From NCBI GenBank assembly GCA_033442325.1, contig JAWQFM010000029.1, positions 710,847-774,846 of the forward strand: a stretch of 64,000 nucleotides of DNA. The letters are read 5' to 3'. Under the pieces are notes generated by a model. It worked only from the letters and a program-made list of their open reading frames with translations. It was not told the DNA's origin and did not search any database. The DNA comes from Salpingoeca rosetta (Eukaryota; Protista; Choanoflagellata). Numbering within the stretch: position 1 is the stretch's first letter; each line of letters begins with the position of its first letter. Below, piece after piece: positions 52,839 through 64,000 of the stretch. The translations under genes were made by a program, and so were the position numbers.

Positions 52839-53870
52839 CTATGCGGTGTGTGTGCCTGCGCGGGGGCGGAAGTGTGGATCTGTGGGATCGCTTCGTTTCG
52901 TCGCCTGGAACTTCCACGCTTTTGCAATCAACCTCACCTGTCGTCACCGTGGTCGCAATGATGGTGAGTAGTTGGTGGTTGGACACACACGCGGATTGGA
53001 CGACACAGCAACATCCAATGCACAAAGAGACATCGCACTCTCCACTATCATTGCTAACAAGCGAAATCACTCACACATACACACACACACACACAAGAAC
53101 ACACACACACACACACAAACACACAAGAACACACACACACACATACAACCAAACAAACAAGCAATCAAACACCAACAAGATACGGACCGGGATGATGGAC
53201 GTCTTGTCGTTCTCCTCCTCAATCTTCTGCAGCGTGGCGGCATCGAGCAGCGGGAAGCGCACATGGTCGACAACACCACGCAGGACCTCCGCCATCGTCT
53301 GGTCCGTCACCACAGAGTTGACTGTGCCCCACTCCTTGACAGAGGCAAGCACGTCCACCTCGTCAATCTGCAGGTTGTCGCTCTGCAGGATAAAGGCGAA
53401 TGTGTCCGCTGACATCTCGACAAAGTGGCGGGACTTGAACACGGCGCGCGTGTTGTCTTCCACAAACCGCATGCACGTGTCACGCAAGTCTGTTTGGTTG
53501 TACGCAATGGCCGCCTGAAAAAAAAAAAAAGATGGGAAGGGGGGTTGTGGAGAGAGTGAGGCGTGAGGCAAAGGTGGGTGGCGTGTGGTGGACAGTAGAG
53601 GGAGGAATGACGCACGTATCAAAAGGAAGCAAAGAAGACGCATACATCAACATGTGCGCACTCATGTACGAGCACACACACACAACACGCACACCTGCAT
53701 GGCGCTGCATGCTGTGTCGACGGTGAGGTGAGCCTTGATAAAGTCTGAGCAGCACTGGGCAAGCCCGTCCAACCCATACTCAATCGCAGATGCCAGCACA
53801 TCCACCACCGTATTCTGTGTCAACTGGCATCGGTTCGTGTAGATGAACTCCAGCACCGTCAGAAACACTG
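52839..53870 (-). CDS. BTBD19: BTBD19-like BTB-BACK protein; 5' exons (first half of BTB) not found
   Basis: VFLTVLEFIYTN...VDVLASAIEYGLDGLAQCC...ACSAMQ|AAIAYNQTDLRDTCMRFV...LQSDNLQIDE...VRFPLL...IIP|VRLIAKAWKFQATKRSD...RAGTHTA* is collinear with the BTBD19 C-terminal two-thirds. Confidence 0.75.
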
Positions 53871-53939
53871 CAGCGTGTTCAGGGCACATGGCAGTGTGTG
53901 GTTGCACAGGACATGAGCTGATGAAGACAAATTATACTC

Positions 53940-53986
<47 letters not shown>

Positions 53987-54383
53987 AGCAACAGCTGCAG
54001 TGACGGGAGCAGCGACAGTGGCAGCAAAAGCACCGGCAGGGACAGTGGGAATCGCGACAAGAATCGCAAGTACAAGTGTGTCTCTTGCTCGAGGTCCGTC
54101 ACCAGCTCAGTCACACCCTCCCAAGCACATCGCGGTCTCCTTTGGCTGTGTGTTTGTGTTCGTGTGGTGTGTATTGGTTGGTTTTGTTGTTGGCAACAAA
54201 GAGCAGCCGCTAAGAAATCCCTGAGTCAGCAATAACACGTTTCCCATGTGTAGGGTTTCAGCCTACATCTAGGGTGTGAGTCATTCTTGCTTGTGTTTGT
54301 GGGCGCAGCACTCCTTCCTGCCTTCCTTCCTCTCCAAACCACACGCGATCTCGCTCGTTGGGTTGTTGTGACTCGACGAAAAG

Positions 54384-54504
<121 letters not shown>

Positions 54505-54689
54505 CATATATGAGGTGAGAGTGCGATCCTTGTGTGTATGAGGTGAGAGTGCGATCCTTGTTGTGTTTGTAATAAGAAGTGAAAGCTTCATTTTGGCTCA
54601 CTCACGCGCACGCCGCTGCAAACCGTGTTTTGTGTTTGTGCGCAGTTAGTTGTCAATTTACATTACAAAACCAGGTCCAAACCGCCACG

Positions 54690-55135
54690 ATGGGAAACAT
54701 TCTGTGTGACGGCAGCCCAATTGAGTCGGATCCCCGGTACCGCTTCCAGGGCCGACAATGGGAGACCTCCATGATGGACGCCCCCTGCAACAACTGCAAG
54801 GGTACGAGAGTGCGTGTGTGTGTTTGGGGGGGGGGAGTTTGTGTGTCTTTCTCCCTGTCTCTCCGTCTGTGTGTGTGCCTGTGTGTGTGTGTGTGTGTGT
54901 CCAGACATTTCCCGTTAACGACCGTCAAGCTGCGCAGCCCCTCCCGGGTTACCAGTGGATAAAAAATATCAACGGGGGCCGTTCCTGGCATTTTATACTG
55001 TCCGTAAATCGAGTTGCCTCATGTGTTCCCCAGACGAGGTTGATCCGTCTGAATTACCAATAGTAGTATTGTCTACTGAATTATCCACGTCTTTTTTAGT
55101 CGGTTCAGTCATCGGTTATGTCTAATATGTCCTAT

Positions 55136-55184
<49 letters not shown>

Positions 55185-56786
55185 CTGTGTGTGTGTGTGT
55201 GCCTGTGTGTGTGTGTGTATGTGTGTGTGTGTGTATGTGTGTGTGTATGTGTGTATGTGTGCATGCTCTGTTTGTCTGTGCGTCTTTCTCCCTCTCTCTC
55301 TGTCTGTCCTTGCCTCTCTGTATGTGTGTCTTTCTTTTGCCTGGATGCAAGCACAGCTCAATGAACGCCGCACCTCTCACTTCCTTCGCCTTCCTCTCCT
55401 CCTTCTCACTCGTCTTTCTTCTACCAGGCTGCTTCCTGGCCATGTTCTGCCCGTGCTGCTTTGCGTACCACCTTCGTGTGCTCGCCCTCGAGGGCCGCAT
55501 GGAAAACTACTCTTGCTGCCAGGGCTACCTCTGCCCAACGTGCACGTCCAAATGGTGCGTATGTCTGTCTGTGCGTTTGCGCGCGTGTGTGCGTGTGCGT
55601 GTGTGTGTGGCGTCATTATTTGTGGCAACAAATACTCTCACTCTCCCTCTCTTCCTCTTCCTCTCACTGCAATACGTCACCCCACCTTTACTCCACCAGC
55701 ATCCCTGGCCAGGACTCGTGCCCGGAGTTTTGTCTGTGTCTTGAGGTCACGCTGTGTGAGAACTTTGCCATCTCCTCCACGCGCTTCTACATCCAGGACC
55801 AGCGCCAGATCATGACTGACCCATGTGTGTACTTTGTTGTGCTTATGCTTGTGTGCATGTGTGTGTGTGTCTGTGAATGTGACTGTGTTTGTGTGGCTGT
55901 GGCTGTGTGTCTGTGTACGCCCCGATACTTTCTCGTGTGTGCACGCTCCTTGCGTTTCCAAGTACCTGCTTGCGTGCCTCTCTCTCTCTCTCTGTCTCTC
56001 TGTCTCTCTCTCTCTCTCTCTCTGTCCGTCGCCATCTCCTGTTGCTGACATGCATTGCTCGCTCTTGCCTTTTCCTCGGCATACGTCCATCTCCATCATC
56101 ATCACCGATCGACACACGCAGGCGACAACCGCATCATTGTAAGTCACACATCACCACCACAGATGCATGCACACTAGCAAACGCGCCACATGCATCCACA
56201 CGCATACACACCCCATGATGCACCCACGCACACGCGCCACATGCCTCCACTTGCACGTGAACCTCACCTCACACTCCTCAACCCTCCCCTCCCTCCCCCC
56301 CCCCTCTCTCTCTCTCTCTCCTTCCGCCCCCCTGTCTGTTCATGCGCACAGCGGTTCAACAACTGCGTGCAGATTCTGTCGTTTGTGTGCCACATCCTGG
56401 CCATCTTCTTCCGCGAGCTGCGCCACCTCGCCCACCTCCTCGACCTCTTTGCAGACCTCGTCTACTGTCAGTTTGTGTACTGTTGCTTGTGCGTGTGTGT
56501 GTGGAGGCGGGGGTGTCTGCCTGTCTGTTATGTGTGTCTGTGCATCATCTGCACAGTGCTTTGAACACCAGCCCTTCCCCCTTCCGCCTCGTTCACACAC
56601 ACACACACACACACACACACAGGCATGGTGCAGGCGTGCATGCAGGCGCAGACGCACCACGAGCTGACGCTGCACCCGACGGCCGTCGACTATGGCCAGG
56701 CGCCGCGCACCATCACGCAGCAGCCCACCGCATCAGACAAGGCCCCGCTCATGGGACACCAGGCCCCGCCCGCATACAGCGAGTGA
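54690..56786 (+). CDS. PLAC8-family cysteine-rich membrane protein
   Basis: WETSMMDAPCNNCK|GCFLAMFCPCCFAYHLRVLALEGRMENYSCCQGY..|GQDSCPEFCLCLEVTLCENFAISSTRFYIQD..TDPC|DNRII|RFNNCVQILSFVCHILA..ADLVYC|MVQACMQAQTHHEL..., including a 17-nt microexon at 56122-56138. Confidence 0.82.
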
Positions 56787-57626
56787 TGACACGACGCTTG
56801 TGCTTGTTGCCACGGTTTTCGCTGTTCTTCTCCGCGTTCGTTGTTGTCATTCGTTTGTGGATGGCCTGTCGTCTCAGGGGGGTCTCATGCTTCCCCAGAC
56901 AATCAACACACACACACACACACACTCCTCCGCCGTCTCTCTCCTCTCCGTTCTCCCCTCTCCTTTCTTGCCTTCTTCACGTGCAAGTTGTTGGTACCCC
57001 TTTGCCTTACTTGCGTGTTGTTGTACTCGCCCCACCTGCTTTGTGTTGCTGTCAACCCCTCACTCCGCTTGCATGTATGACTTCTTCGTCCATCCTCTGC
57101 CTTGTTTGCTCGTTCACTCTGCTTTACCCTGAGCACTGCCAGTGCCAAGCGTTACGCGACACACACACACGCGCGCGGCCACCTCCTTTTGACTGCTGCT
57201 GTCGTCCTCTGTTGTCTGTCTTGGTTCTTGTTCGCGGCGCGTGTGCATGTTTTCATGCACGTGTGTGTCCTGTGTTTTTGATGCCCCCACTTCCTATATG
57301 AACCATCCTGCTGCTGTCATGCCACATTGCGCATCAACAAGAGAGAGCGTGTGTGTCTGTGTGTGTATCTGTGTCTGTATCTGTCTGTGTGAGTGAGAGA
57401 GTGAGAAAGAGAGTGTGTGTGTGTGTGTGTGCGTGTGCAGAGAGAGAGAGTGTGTGTGTGTGCGCGCGCATGAGTCATCAAACCACGCACCAAGATTTTC
57501 AGAATGCACGGGTTGAAGTCGCTAAACAGCAAGCCGGTTTTTTTTTCTTCGGCGGCGGATTTGCTGACACACACCGACCACTCACTCACCACCGATATCC
57601 ACGCAACAACGAACCGAGCAGCCATC

Positions 57627-64000
<6,374 letters not shown>

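Overview
Intron-rich eukaryotic genomic DNA with (CA)n/(TG)n microsatellites in almost every intron and several N gaps. The style and gene content suggest a choanoflagellate such as Salpingoeca rosetta (inference). Recognisable spliced genes: CENP-C/Mif2 (-), dynactin p27/DCTN6 (+), a ZC3H3-like CCCH protein (+), SPEF2 (+), a low-complexity orphan ORF (-), BUB3 (+), a 5'-truncated BTBD19-like gene (-), a PLAC8-family gene (+) and a UBE3C-like HECT ligase (+, runs off the window). The main finding is a tandem pair of paralogous minus-strand genes (about 5.3-14.3 kb and 15.3-27.4 kb). Their hand-spliced products share an unusual architecture: Smad/NFI-type MH1-like Zn domain, Q/S/P-rich region, C4 zinc knuckle, phage tail-spike intramolecular-chaperone (Peptidase_G2-like) domain, coiled coil, and FGF/fascin-like beta-trefoil(s). 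This resembles an independently assembled MYRF-style (trimerising, possibly self-processing) transcription factor family. All domain calls are by-eye motif comparisons, not database searches. Several probable assembly artefacts are flagged.
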